In this document: positions 46,105-59,711 of the stretch, in pieces
Layout: each line of letters opens with the position of its first letter
How positions within the stretch are numbered: the first letter of the stretch is position 1
Origin: Takakia lepidozioides
Taxonomy: Eukaryota > Plantae > Bryophyta
NCBI GenBank assembly: GCA_030704615.1
Contig: CM060732.1
Location: forward strand, 66,588,001-66,652,000
Length of the DNA stretch: 64,000 nucleotides
Direction of reading: 5' to 3'
Notes under the pieces: generated by a model
Databases searched by the model: none
Told to the model about the DNA's origin: nothing
What the model saw: only the letters and a program-made list of their open reading frames with translations
Program-made: the position numbers and the translations under genes

Positions 46105-49100
46105 TCACGCGTGTTTAAGAAACTTTTCAGACCATAAGGTGGAACTTCCCTGCGTGTCACCCAATGTGGTATAATTAGGGGTAACAGAGTAGTCCGGGTA
46201 CGGCAACACAACCTCTGAAATCATGACCGATTTCACATGGATACGGTAATAGTTGTCTGGCACATTTGCTTTCGGAAATCCAGCAATATATCCCACACCT
46301 GCCTTCTTTTTGGTGCACAAGGATCAAACAATAACACCTTGTCGCCGATCTGAAACTGCAACAAAAACCAGATTCCTATATCAGAAATGAACCCTGGAGA
46401 ACAGAGACTGACAGCTTGACACTCCTGCAAAATGACATTGAAGTTCTTCCAGCAAACACCCCAACCCTACCTATTGCAGTACTTCCAATTCCGAATTGCA
46501 TTTGCTTGTCTCTATACTACATGCTGACATGATCAAAGCTGGAACGGTGCCATACCTAGTTGGTAGCAGGTTATGCATGGTCAACATGGATGTGGTAGGA
46601 CGATGTCACAAAACTACCTTTGTAGGTTGTTGGGCCTGCAGCTATGTGGCGATACATAGGAGGTGTATTGATCCAGCATCAGACAAGGAAACAAAATTGC
46701 ACAAATAAAGTACTTACACTGTGCGGATTTTGTTGGTCACCCTGTGGTTCAGTTAGATCCACTGTGGTTGTAGTCTGATTGATAGCACATATTGTACTCT
46801 CCCTGTCCATTGAACGCTTCACTGGTTTCACCATCTGTATATTGAATGACACAACGATCAAAAAATGAGAATAGCACGAATGACACACATTGTGAAGTAG
46901 CATTAACAATACAAATCCACCCACGCGCCCAAGCATTGAAACTTTTGCTCTCACCTTTCTTTGATTATGCTTTGTTGTTGCATCGGGAGGCAAAGTCGTT
47001 GGAACTCTGGCAGCAGGAAGCCCTGGTTCGGATGCCTTTGCAGATTGTTGTGATCCACTACCCATGGCTGCAGTATTGAACAAGTAGTTGGGCTGCCCAT
47101 ATCTGTATGGGTGCCCTGACACATACTCAGGGATGTGTGCAGCCTTGGATACACCCTCTAACCAAGGCAGTAATTCTTTCATAAGCCTCTTGCAGTTTGG
47201 CTGATCCCTCAACTTCCATGGATACGGGAAGATGCAATTATTTGCAGGGTTGGGTAAGCAAGTGAGTGGGGAATCGTCCACCAGCAAAGTATTGGTTGGA
47301 TTGTAATGGCTGTAGTCCTTCCAAAACTTACATAAGTTCTTGTACATGACAGTTTTAGAAGGATTGAAAGGGTCCACCATTCCCACAGGCTGGTCACAAT
47401 AGTCTTGGTGAAGCACCATCTTTGGTTGCTTCCCACGAAACAAAGCTTTCACAACTGGAAGGACATTACTCAATGACATGGAAGACCATACACCTACATC
47501 AAAAATCTGAAGGCATCGGTCCAGAAACTCCTGACACCCAGGTCTGGAGGTGACAGTGGGCTCTAGGTATTCCCTTGTTCGTAGTCTGCTCTCACATAAC
47601 AATCCATTCAAGTCAAGTATAAGGATGTGTTTCTGCCTTGCCGAAGGGCAATTACCTACAACTTGTACATGATTATCATGTACAAAAGACACACCTTTCT
47701 GTGGGGCACTCTGCAAATTCATGGAGACCTCACAGGCATATTGAGAGGGTAGTACATATGCCGGCAGTGCTACTGGTGTAGGGGACAACAAAACTGATGA
47801 ACACTTTGCAGTTGCCTCAACAATATGGGGGGATGGATTGAGTTCACCTTCAGACCAACCCTCCATGTCATCATCCCCCTCCATTTCTGAAAGCCCAAAC
47901 AATGAGCCTATTGTGTTTGGCTTTGGTGGCGGTGAAGAAACTGCCTTGAACAGGTTGAGTGGTGAGCCCATAACATGAGAAATAGTCTCATTTGTTGTCT
48001 GTGGCGCAAAGGTGGTGCATGGTGGACCTGTAGGCTGTGAATCTGGCACATTCATGCCAAGTTTAGCTGCGAGCGCAATGTTGAATGCAGCTGCTGCCTC
48101 CAGTTGGACTTGGACTGCTTCCAAAGCTGCCTTGGAGCTGGCTTCCATCTGCACTTGTTTGTTTTCCATAGCATCGAGGCGAGCTGCTAGTGAACCAATT
48201 CCCTGCCCCATCACATAGAACACCTCCAAAGTAACAATTCACTACACTGACTGATGAACTAGTAAGAAAAGAGAACCAAACGGCAACTAGCAATGGCATG
48301 GAAATCACGAATATGTAATTCACACCAGAATTGGTACTGAGTTTATATACCGTTGTGGCTGCACTGCCTGTACACCCCGACCCGTAGCCTTTGTCACTCC
48401 TGGCGCTACCGGCGATCTCCTGCAAACTTGGTGTACGTCCAGTCTCCTTCTCCTGTGATTGCAACAAACTTGCAAGTGTAAATGACTAGCATAGCACACT
48501 GCCAACAGTAAAGAATTATCTAGGATAGCGTCAATGACTCCCCCTCAATAAGAGTGCTTAGTTTCTTGCTGGCGCCCAACTCTGAGAAGGCCCCCAAGTA
48601 GTAGCAATGTGTACTAATTCCATCCATATAGGAATAGACTCTGAGCTCCATCCAAAAAAACCCAACACATAAAGTTTGTCAATGCAAAACAATGTGGGAA
48701 CTTCCTATGTTGTAAGAGAAGTATACCAGTCGTGCTACAACACCGCTGATTCCACTGCGACCCGATCGAGATGTATTCTTCACACATCCCCGCGCCTTGA
48801 CACCATTTGCCTGGAATTTCTTGAAATCAGTGGAACCCCAACTAACAACTAGTTGTGCCCATGTCTTGTCTGGCACATGATGGGGTTTGGGCAGCCCCAC
48901 ACTATAGTAATTTTTGAACAGCTTATTTCGTTGGTACTTGAGCTGCCCGCAAATTGTTTTTGTAATAGCCTTTATGTTAAGACCAGGAGGTCCGTATTCC
49001 CAATCTGAAGCCAAGATCTCCATGATCTTTTCAATTAAGTGTAATGGTTGATCCTGAGCATACAATGACCAGTCCAACAAACGTTGACACTGCCCTCGCA

Positions 49101-50055
49101 GAGCTGTCATCCACTGGTTCCGAGCAGGACCTTCAGGGTTTCCAAGTTCATCACAAGAAATGAAAAATTTCCTCCTCCCTACAGCCACATTCTGAGCAGC
49201 CTGGTCTCTCAGATCTTTTGCAAGTGCCCTTCTTTCCCTCCTTAAAGCATTTTTGCGTTCTATAGGAGTCACACCTGATGTCCCCCCAGGAGTAAGGCTG
49301 GAATCCTGCAAGGTTTCAGCAGTACCTTGCATGTTACCACCTTCACTCTGTTGGGGCTGGACTGTTGTCTCCCACCCCACAGGATGATGCGGAGCAAATG
49401 CATCCTCGGTCTGTTTCAGAATGCCTTTCCCTTTCAGGGTATTAGGTGTACCTGGAGATGTTGGATAAAGAGGTGGCCGCGGTGCAGTGAAGCTCGAAGG
49501 TGCCGGCTGTTGTACTCCACTGTAGTTGGATCCTGAAGGTTGGTGGCCACCATACTGGACCTGCCCCTGGTGTGGTCTTGCAGGGCTGGTAGGATAGAGG
49601 GAGGAAGTAGGTTGGTTGTACATAGGCCGAGGAGGATACATACTATGGGGATGCATTCCATAATGGTGGTAAATGGAATACCCACCTTGACTAGGATCAT
49701 GCATTGGAGCGCCTGCAGGTGGAGCAAAAGAATTGTAATTCTGGCACTGAGGATCATTGTTTGGAGGTTGATAGTGAGGATACGGCATGTGCCCATGCAG
49801 ATTATACCCTGACATGGCAGGATACTGCGGGTACATAAGCGGATACGAGGGAGGAGCCGATACTGGTGGATACAAGGGAGCTGGAACGTCAGTCTGTGGA
49901 GTGGGCGGGGCTGGTTTTTCGTAAGTTGGAACAACCGCGCCACTCATCACAGCAGTTGGCGCAATAGTTGGTGCACACTTTGCTGGAGTAAGAGACTTAT
50001 GCTCGTTCGCATCCTTCCCTGCAATTCCCTTCCTTTTTTTTACTGAACTCTGCAC
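46105..50055 (-). CDS. CACTA TnpA-like multi-exon gene: Pro-rich region, Transposase_24/Ptta-like domain, NIF/FCP1-like phosphatase domain, Tnp1-like C-terminus (possibly pseudogenised)
   Basis: KPHHVPDKTWAQLVVSWGS...NTSRSGRSG (Ptta-like); ILILDLNGLL...RPGCQEFL...VGVWSS...TLLVDDSP (NIF); VLPYPD...TLGDTQGSSTLW (Tnp1-like, apparent frameshift near 46305). Upstream exons may lie at 53765-54695. Confidence 0.65.
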
Positions 50056-50169
50056 ACATTGCTCAACATAAACATGAGAAACAATACCACCATACTACTA
50101 GGGATGGCAAACCTAGTGGGTAAGCAAAGCCCAAAGGCCTATGCAAGAAGACCCTGTCAGTCAGACCTA

Positions 50170-51700
50170 CCTATAACAGTGAGGAGTCTTCTAAAGAATG
50201 GAAGGGTACAGTGGAAATGACTGTCTACAATCCAAGACAACCCTGAAAAACTGGAGTGCATCACAAAGGGGTACAACGTGCCCATTAGTTCTTCTGAGAT
50301 TGCTGAAGCAATAGAACATCTAAAGGGCTATAAAGTTGGTGTGTCTGATACGATTGTCAAGCCTGGTGTGATCATATGGTAGATGCCCTTGCACTCCTCT
50401 GGGACCTTATTTGGAAGACTGAAATGATACCCTTTCGCTGGAGAGAGGGTGTCAGTGTCAATCTGAGGTGACAGATGACAGCCTAGGAACTACCGTAGCA
50501 TTACACTTCTTACCACAGTTTGCAAGCTGTTCTGTAGGATAATAAGCACCCATCTTGAGGTTGATTTGGAGTCTGGAAGTGTTTTCCATGAAGGTGAGGC
50601 AGGCTTCCTGGGGGCTGTGTCAACCATGTCCCTGAGCTGGCCTATTCAAGGAAGGAAAAAAGAAAGAAACCTCTAAGGAAACCTCTGTCCTAGAACGACA
50701 CCTTCCTTCTACAAAGGTTTCCTTCCTTGACATCTTATGGTGCACGCGCTGACATGCTCTCTTTGAGCACCAAAAGCTGAATGGATTCTAAAGTTTTAGC
50801 ATGATTGGAGTTGGCCAACCCACACGGCAGATGTGTACTCCAAGGCCTGATAAGGCCTGATCTCTTCATAAGTGCTGGTATGGCGGCATCACCCACCTGT
50901 AACCCAAATCTCTTGCTTTCCTAATTTTTAAGGGGCTGATAAACGAAAACATTGAAGAGCAGCGGGGAGAGGGTACAACCTTGAGCTACACCTTGGTCAA
51001 TGTCAAAGAAATTAGACTTCTCGCTATTGACCACAACACAAGCTTTGGTGTTCGCATGCAGGTTGTGAACCATCCTCCATATCTTTCCCCTGACCCCAGA
51101 AGCTGTAGAACAACTGACGTGGCTGCTCAGGGCGAGTTTGGAGTACCAGCCTTGACCTCTCAACATGATGAGTTCAAGGTCAGATGGTACAGTCAGCTGA
51201 ATCGCATGCCTCATACCAGCGACCCTATGGAAGAACTCACCCTGCTAGATGAATCTGACGTGGAGGCTGAAGTGTCTAAGGCCATGTCAAAAGCATGAAG
51301 AATGTCCGAACAAAACAATGTTAGGCATAAACTTCCCTGAACTCGTTTCCAGTTTGTGACATGGGTGAGGACTTTGAGGATGATCTGAAGGGCAGACCTA
51401 CCCTTGGCACTAGACTGAAAATTTTACCTCAGGATGGGGAGTCTACCTTTGAACAATAAACAGATGCAGAGAGGAAAGGGAGATTGTCAATGCTCACTGG
51501 TGTGGGTGGCCTGAAGACAATGTCCATTTTCTGATACAAGTCCGGGGTATTCTCATCAGAGAGCGACCCTCTTCAGGACCATCAAGAACATAGTCCCTGC
51601 ACCTCTGTTCACCAACTTTCAATATCTCAAGGCTGAGTCTAAAGCGGTGGCCTTGTTGGGGTCTCATTGCTTGGTAGCCCACATACAACATATTGATGCT
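50170..51700. mobile_element. Scrambled LINE (RTE/RTEX-like) RT fragments
   Basis: 50174-50380 is a decayed duplicate of ~53000-53230. 50921-51110(-) encodes IDQGVAQGCTLSPLLFNVF (RT QG motif) in inverted orientation. Confidence 0.7.
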
Positions 51701-51863
51701 TGTGTGAAGGGCTTTCTAAAAGGAATCTGGAAAGCCTGAACTAATGTTTATAACACGGTAAGTCCTACTACTGGAGTGAGCCCCTCATGTCTGTTCCCTC
51801 TTGTTCTGCTGGGCACGGGCAAGGTCTGTGGCCACAAGGCTATGATAAGCAACTTCTCAGGAG

Positions 51864-51868
<5 letters not shown>

Positions 51869-51910
<42 letters not shown>
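51869..51910. repeat. (CT)21 microsatellite
   Basis: Perfect dinucleotide run. Confidence 0.98.
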
Positions 51911-51913
<3 letters not shown>

Positions 51914-51938
51914 AGTCTCGAGGACGAAGGACCTCTTT

Positions 51939-53380
51939 GTGGGTTGTGTTTACATGCCCACAGAGGGGACGCTTTGTGCTGATGCAGACAAAGCCTTCGA
52001 AGATGTAAAGCTGGACTGTGCTTCGTTCCTTGCCAAAGGTCAGGTGGTGCTATTGGGTGACTTCAATGCCCGGGTGGGCAAAGGGCTCCATCAGGACGAT
52101 ATCATTGGACCTTTTGGTGAGGACGAACTGAATTCTAATGGCAGACGGTTAATTAACTGTCTAGAAGATCTTCAGCTTTTGACCTTGAATAACAGGACAA
52201 GAGGTGACCAAGTGCAGTGGACTCGTGAGAAATCCCAAACTGGGGAACGTTCCATTGTGGATTATATCATAATGGACAAAAATTTGTTCCCCCAGTGTGC
52301 CAATGTGTTGATCGACAGAACTGATATTGGTACCTCTGACCATTTCCTGGTTTGGAATGAGATCAAAAGGTGTTTTCCCAACACCAAGAGATATGTGAAA
52401 CATTCGATTCGGAAGTGGCGCATAGAAAAACTCCATAATGAGGAGGTCAAGGCTGAGTATGTCCAGCCCTTGCAAGAGGCTCTCCCTCATTTTGTCCAAT
52501 CGCTCCAAGAACTTCAGTCTCGCTCTGATAACGCAAGAAATGAAGTCGAAAGAGCAGGGGACTCTTGGGAGAGTTTCGTTTCCTCCGTGGTTGACAAGAT
52601 CATTGGGATGAAACTAATTGTCTATGGTAGAGCTGTTAATTGGTGGACCAATGAGATTAAACTCAAGATAGCTGAGAGACGAGCCCTCTATAAAGAGTGC
52701 TGCAATTTGGAAACCAACAGAGAATTGTGGGCGAGGTACTACCAGCTCCGTAAAGATATCAAACAGCTTGTTAGGTCTCAGAAGAAATTATACTGGGACA
52801 AGTTATACAGTGAAATAAACTCAAACCACCATGGTGGTAATGACAAGAAATTCTGGTTGGCCCTTCAACATTTGTACAAGCCGAAAAACGGTCAGCAAGT
52901 ACAAGCGCTGAAGACTACTAAAGGTGCAGTGGTGACTTCATCGGTTGACATTGTCAAAACCTTTGAAACTCACTACAGTATCCTTGGCATAACTTCTAGG
53001 TCTAACAGTGAGGGGTCTTCTACTGAATGGAGGGACACAGTTGGAAAAACTGTTCCTATGATGCAAAACAGCCCTGATGAACTGGAGTATATTTCAATGG
53101 CTTATAACGCTCCCATTAGTCCTTCTGAGATTGTGGAAGCAATTGAACATTTAAATGGATATAAAGCTGGTGGACCTGATGGTATTGTCAACGAGCTTAT
53201 CAAGCACGGTGGCGATCCCATGCGGGTTGCCAACATAAATCAGGCGTTGGCAGAGACGGTTCAATCCATCAACTTCAAGACAGAATTCAATCCCTACTTC
53301 TCCTCTTTAACCTGATCTAGAAGACTGAAACGATCCCCTTTCGCTGGTGACAGGGCGTCATTGTCAATCTATACAAGAAG
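51939..53380 (+). mobile_element. LINE ORF2 fragment: AP endonuclease plus linker up to RT start (RTE/RTEX-like)
   Basis: LLGDFNARVG, SIVDYII and SDHFLVW APE motifs; KAGGPDGIVNELIK RT entry; truncated at both ends. Confidence 0.88.
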
Positions 53381-53764
53381 GATTTCTAGAGGATATCTGG
53401 AAAACCCGAATTAATTCTATATATGAAGGTAAGTCTTACTACCAACGTCAGCCCCTGACAGAGGTAGGTTCTGTCCCTTTTGTTCCCGCTCAAACTGGGC
53501 GCGGGGTCAATGTCCACAAGGCTACGGCAAACAACGTCTTATGAGTACAATCTCTCTCTCTCTGATGAAAATGAAGTTAGACAAAGTGGCTTGTCACTAC
53601 CGTTCATGTTGTTCTTCTTCTTGGTCCATGGATTGGTGAGAGACAATCACCAAGTCAAAACCACTATTCTCAGTTTATGGGTTCAAGATGAAAAAGGAAA
53701 AAGAGGCAACATTTATATACCATCATGAAGGAGAGTCAAGCATACCATAAGAGTACCAACACTC

Positions 53765-54695
53765 ACATTGCTGAAAACAAAGGCACAAGTTGAATTGGCA
53801 AAGAGATGTTGGAGGGTTTAGGGGTAAGGACTTCAAGTGCCTCTAGTGCTGCATTGTCTATCTGGCTTTGTTGAAGAAAAAGTATGACCCCCACAACTGT
53901 TGGCCTCATTACAATCCAGACCAAGCCAGAAAGCAGGCAACTGGAGTTGACATTCCAGTGAGCCTTTTCCCACCCAAATTCATATGCAAGACTCATGCCC
54001 AACAACCTTGCTGCAATTGTTTCTTACCCTCACTGCCTTTTCATATGCACATGGAGACAGAACTTTGGTGCAGATCGCAAACCTGCTGATGGGTTGGGGA
54101 GTTTGCAGGGTGCTTTGCGCATCTGGTGCTTTGCGAGGCTTTGTCTTTTTTGTTGGGGCTTCTTTCATCGTTTCCATCTCTGACTCCGAGCTGGTCTCAT
54201 TGAAGTCTTCATGTGCGGCATAATCTTGGTCTTGCTGCAATTCTTGCTCTCGTGCCTCCTCTGTGTCTGACTCCGCTTGAACCTGCGCTTCCTCCTCTTG
54301 CTCTACCTCTTTCTCCCGTTGTGACATTGCAGAGTGCAGGAGTTGAACTCTGTGACTTCGGCGAGGAGGACCTGTGTGTTTGAGGATTTCCTCAACGAGG
54401 CGTTTAGGGCGACTCAAGCTCTCTTCGACGCTGCAAAGAAGAAGAAAGACAAAGTCAGCAGCTGCAAAACCCTAACATATCCTCTCTGCAGGTTTGGAGC
54501 TTTTAATGCGGTTTCATGGCTAGGGCTAGGTAGGGGATATGAAAAAAACCGAAGTTTGGACCTCTTTGCAATGTCGTAGATCTTCAGTCGTGCGAAGAAT
54601 GCCTTGTTCTCCGCTTGACGCTTTGCTCGTTCTACCTCCCTCGCTGTAGGCTTGCGCCCTGGTGTAACTTCTGGACACTCTATTTGGGTCTCCAT
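53765..54695 (-). CDS. Spliced charged/acidic ORF, probable 5' exons of the CACTA TnpA-like gene
   Basis: EVERAKRQAENKAFFARLKI and RRSHRVQ...acidic tract ORFs, divergent from Tnp2 and separated from 50055 by LINE debris. Confidence 0.4.
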
Positions 54696-54724
54696 TTCCT
54701 GACGAGTCTCACTCACTCGCCAAG

Positions 54725-57700
54725 ATGATCCCTCCTACTGCCCATCGATTGCAAAGGCGGACACAAGCAGAACATGACGATGACAGATTGTGGAAACTAG
54801 AGGAAGCGCGAGCAAGAAGACTGGGTCTTCGGAAAATTCTATGTCCATGCAATGCCTGTCATGGTGGGAACTGGCAAACCATTGGCCGGGCTAAGCGTCA
54901 TCTGCTTTTGAACTTGCGAGATCCTAACTTACGAGAACTCCCGGTGCATATCTCTGGATTCTCTTCCCTTTGCAGATGCATACTTTGAAATTATAAGAAA
55001 CAGTTCAAATTCCTGGTAGCGGTATTGTTGTAAGGTGTAGAGTATTGTACATGTCCGTTTTCCTATTGCCACGTGCCTGTATAATGGCACGTTCCACATC
55101 CACTATTGCAAATGAAAAAACTCCCCATCTTATAGTGGATTGACATGTGGCGTCTGATATGTACTAAGCAGGAAAACTCTGGAGACGAACATGAGGGGTT
55201 TAGAACGGAAACCAGCCCTGCAGGTGGTCCTGATACCTTGGATCGTAATCTTGACATGCTTAGAATGCTCCGGGAGACATTCGCAACTATAGATAATGGG
55301 GTGCAAACTGGTGATGCACATGAGGAACCGGGAGATGGAACACAGGGCCAATGGGACACAGATGGAGTGCCAGAGCAGACTGATGGTGGACTGTAGAGCG
55401 ATGGTGATCGTGGTGCAGCGAGTGCCTTACGTTTTGAGCACGAGGCATCCAGGGCTTTATATGTAGGGAGTTCTTCCTCTCGATTGTCTGCTACCTTACT
55501 GCTGTTAAGTGCTTGTCAAACCCATGGTGTGTCAAACACCTTTGTCGATGAACTCCTTACATTGTTAGGAAGACAACTGTTGCCAGCAGACAATTGCCTG
55601 CCAAAGTCCCACTATGAGGCAAAACAACTCATAATGGAACTCGGGCTTCATTACGAGAGTATACATGCATGTCCGAAAGGCTGTGTGTTGTTCAGAAGGG
55701 AGCTTCAGAATTTGGAGGTTTGTCCAAAATGTCAGGCACGTCGTTATGTGGTGGGTACGAAGACACCAGTACCTCGTAAGGTCCTTCGACATTTCCCTAT
55801 CATTCCAAGGCTGCTTCGAATGTATAAAGCCAAATCCATCTCAGAGTTAATGTCATGGCACTTTAAGAATCGAAGTCTGGATGGCTTGGTTAGGCACCCA
55901 GCAGACAGCAAGGCTTGGGCCCACATTGACCAAAAATGGCCTGAGTTTGCAGCGGACCCCAGAAATCTGCGATTGGGTCTCGCATGGGATGGTGTCAATC
56001 CTTACAGTGATAAATCAAACAAATGGTCAACTTGGCCTGTCATGTTGGTAAACTATAATCTTCCACCCTGGCTGTGTACTAAGCCATTTTTCACGATGTT
56101 GGCTTTATTGATTCCTGGACCACAATCTGTGGGAAATGACAATGCAGATGTTTATCTGCAGCCCCTTGTGGATGAGCTAAAATTGTTGTGGGAAGTTGGT
56201 GTGGAGGCATTGGATGGAAGTAGCCTAGTGGGGCAACAGTCATTTCGCATGAGGGCCATCTTGATGTGGTCAATCCACGACTTTCCAGCTTATGGGTTGC
56301 TAGCAGGATGCGCACACGGGGGATACAAGGCCTGCCCAGCTTGCGGCCCTAATGTTGATTCCAGGTACTCGAAGGCATGCAAAAAAGTTTTGTATCTTGG
56401 TCATAGGAGATACTTGCCTGCTGTTCATCCCTATAGGAATCCACTTTAATGGACATGTGGAACATAGAGCAGCTCCTATGGTGGTCACTGCAAGTGAGCA
56501 ATTTGACCGGGCTAAAACCAGAGAGTTGTATCTCGCAATGGGAGGGGCTGAGGGGGGAAAACAGGACCCTTCAAAGGAACATGGCATGAAACGGGTCACT
56601 GTTTTGAACCAATTGCCATACTGGAAAGACTTACTCATCCGATACACACTGGATGTGATGCATTGTGAAAAAATTTTGTGTGAGAATGTGCTGAGAACCA
56701 TTCTTTTGGAGAAGGACACAGCCACATCTAGGAAGGATATGGAACTCAATGTCATTCGTGAACACTTGTGGTTGAGACCCCATCCCTCTCACCCGAACAA
56801 GTTGGTCAAGCCTTTGGCCCCATATGTTCTTACTGAAGATGAGAAGGTGCTGTTTTTGGAAACATTGGCTGCAGTAAAGGCCCCCACAGGTTATGCTGCC
56901 ACATTCCAGAAACATGTGGCTGACAATAAACTGTCTACAATGAAAACCCATGACTACCATGTAATGATGCAGCAGATTTTACCTCTTTGCATTCGAGGGG
57001 TATTGGGAAAGGGTCCACGGATGGCAATTATGAGGCTTTCTCGAGTCTTCCAAAAAGTGTGTGCAAAGATCATTAATCCAGCTGAGGTACCGGCCTTAAA
57101 AGAAGATGTTGCAATCACTATGTGTCTGCTGGAGAAAGAATTCCCTCCGTCATTTTTTGATATCATGACTCACTTGCTTGTACACCTTGTGGACGAATTG
57201 GAGGTGTGTGGTCCCGTGTCTAGCCGTTGGATGTATCCTATGGAACGGTATATGAAGACATTAAAAGGCTATGTAAGGAATATGAGCCGACCTGAAGGGA
57301 GCATGGCGGAAGGGTATGCTTTGGATGAGGCCCTAGGGTTTCTAACTGAGTATATGGCTGAATTTCATGCTACAAGCCGAAGGGTGTGGGACTCCAATGA
57401 AGAAGACTCAGTTAGTGGGGAGGTGGTTGAAGGATTGGGAACTGTACGAGTCCTCACCATTCAAGAACGAGACAGTGCACACGAGTATATTTTGCACAAC
57501 ACAGATTGCATGAAACCATTCCTTGAGTAAGTATGTTGCTTATCATATCCTGTGTGTTTCATTTCTGCCAATGGTATAAGCTGTAATCCTAATTTGCAAT
57601 TCTCATTTGGACAGGGCCTATGAAGAGGAGATGGCACTCATAGAAGCATCCCGCACTGAGTTCAGAACAACATTCATTTGTGGACAAGACCAAGACCACC

Positions 57701-58527
57701 ACAATGGAGAAATTCCATACCCAACAGATATGCACTTACTGGCTCCATTCCATGAATGGATTGAAGGTGCTGTCCAACGCAAGGTGAGTTCAGGTGAGTC
57801 CTATGATTTGGACATATGCCATTTATGTATACCACCAGCAGTACAGTCCTTGAGCTTCAAGTCCATGTATGCTTACGGCAATCACTTTCGAGCAATACGT
57901 GATGGGACTGGCGCCACAGATAGGGTGACATTTGATTCTGGAGTTGCTCAAGTATTCCATCAGGAAAGCGAAAACAGAGCAGGTATGTCCAAACGAGTGT
58001 TATCCCAATTGGAATATGTGGGTGTCGTAACAGAAATAATTCAACTAGATTACGGAATTCTTCACCCAATTCTGTTCTTGTGTAGATGGGTGAGGTCACA
58101 CATGGTGGGCCGGAATGCCACCATGAAACGAGATGATTATGGCTTTCTCTTGGTTGACTTCAGTCGCATGTTACCTCGGATGGAGCAACCCTGGACATTC
58201 CCTAGTCAGGTGGAGCAAGTTTTTTTCTCGGATGAAAAAAGTTCACGAGGGAACTGGAAGGTGGTCCTTCACAAGGACCCTCGATCCCGACGAGTGGTTC
58301 ACGATATTACAGAAGTGGCACTGGGTGAGGGAGACACTTATGTAGGCATGGTGCCTCCTGAAATTCCTCATAACATCATGACTGAGCTTGCTGTTTGTGT
58401 TCCTTTGAGTGAGGCAGATGAATTGGCCATTGCCAACTTGAATGCACTTGCAAGGCAGAGGCAAAATGGTAGAAGGCGGAGGCAAGCTCCACATGGGAGG
58501 TACCAGGCCAGTTGTGCTATGGTCTAG
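54725..58527 (+). pseudogene. CACTA Tnp2/TnpD transposase (transposase-associated domain, Transposase_21, DUF4218, DUF4216)
   Basis: CPCNAC; IHACPKGCVLF; RHPADSKAW; RNLRLGLAWDGVNP; WSIHDFPAYG; LDVMHCEK; FFDIMTHLLVHL; RWMYPMERYMKTLK; QVEQVFFS. Stop at 55394-55396 and frameshift near 56445; introns at ~54945-55170 and ~57527-57614. Confidence 0.93.
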
Positions 58528-59711
58528 AGTTGGTTTCTGCTATTGCATGTATTTTTCCAGGGTTTAGACTTGATACAGCATGGTACCTTGCATGGGTGGG
58601 AGTGACTGAGCTGTTGGGGTGGGCAAAATTCTGACAAACACACTTTCATTTGTGACAGTGAACCCTAAACAGTCATGGAGTTGTGGCCTGCATACTTTTC
58701 TGACCCTAGTCAATGGTGGGCCAATTGTGGCAAAGGCATGTTGAATAGAGGTGGAAGTCATTTCATCCATCTATCTTCCACCTGGATGGTCAATGTGCCA
58801 CGCCATATAGTTGCCCCAAAATCCTGTAGGACATCTCACACTAACCTCACACTCCATGACTCATTTCACACTCATGTCAAATGCCCAATATGCATTATCT
58901 TGGTCAACACCCGTTGACCGTATGGGTGTCATTCGAGTGTGAAATTTGTAACACCATGTGGGTTTTCCTACAATGGTCCAGATCACACCTTGCCTCCTCT
59001 CACATGGGTGTAAGAGGAGCTGTTCAAAGTGCCAGGTGTGAACTATGGGTGGTGTTGGAAAAACCGGTTTCTGTAGTAGTGCGGCTAGCCAAAACTTGAC
59101 ATCTGCCAGGCAGGGGAGATGGGCAGCTGAAGAAGAGAGGGATGGCTGAAGTGGTGCTTACCAGAGGAGACCCAAGGATTGCTAGACCGTGAGCAAAAAA
59201 TTCCGTGAGCAGAATTCTACTCACGCTTCTGGATGTGCTCACCTATAAGCGCAGACACCTATTCGGCTTAGAGGACCTATTACTGTGGGTAGTGTCCAGT
59301 ATAACATGCATACCAATTCATCGTTATGGATGAATGACGAATGAATGATGGATGAATGAGTAGTGGTTGCCAAATCCCCCGAGCTCCAGAGTGAACCTCT
59401 GCAAACTGCAGAGGGTTGTGGTTGTCCTTTCACCAGGTATCTTAAGTCGAAAGAGATGCTGACACCCAATTGCAAAGAAGTTGGAGAGGCCATTTGGTGC
59501 TTTAATATAAATCGTTTGAAAACAACCGATTCATTCCGACGAAGAATATCCACTGCTACTGGAGTCGGAGTCCAAAACGAAGGCATAACTGTCTATGAAG
59601 ACACTAGCCTTGTTCTGCACAAAATCCTCTCTGTCGTAAAGCACAGGAGGGGGAGAAGAGATGAGACTAAATTCGCAAGCTGCAGCCTCCGCATAACATG
59701 GCATCTGTAAT

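Larger units (their letters stand above)
46105..59081. mobile_element. CACTA (En/Spm) DNA transposon, degenerate; left end not resolved
   Basis: Right terminus reads CACTACTACAGAAACC on the minus strand from 59081. Tnp2 gene on +, TnpA-like gene on -. Confidence 0.8.
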
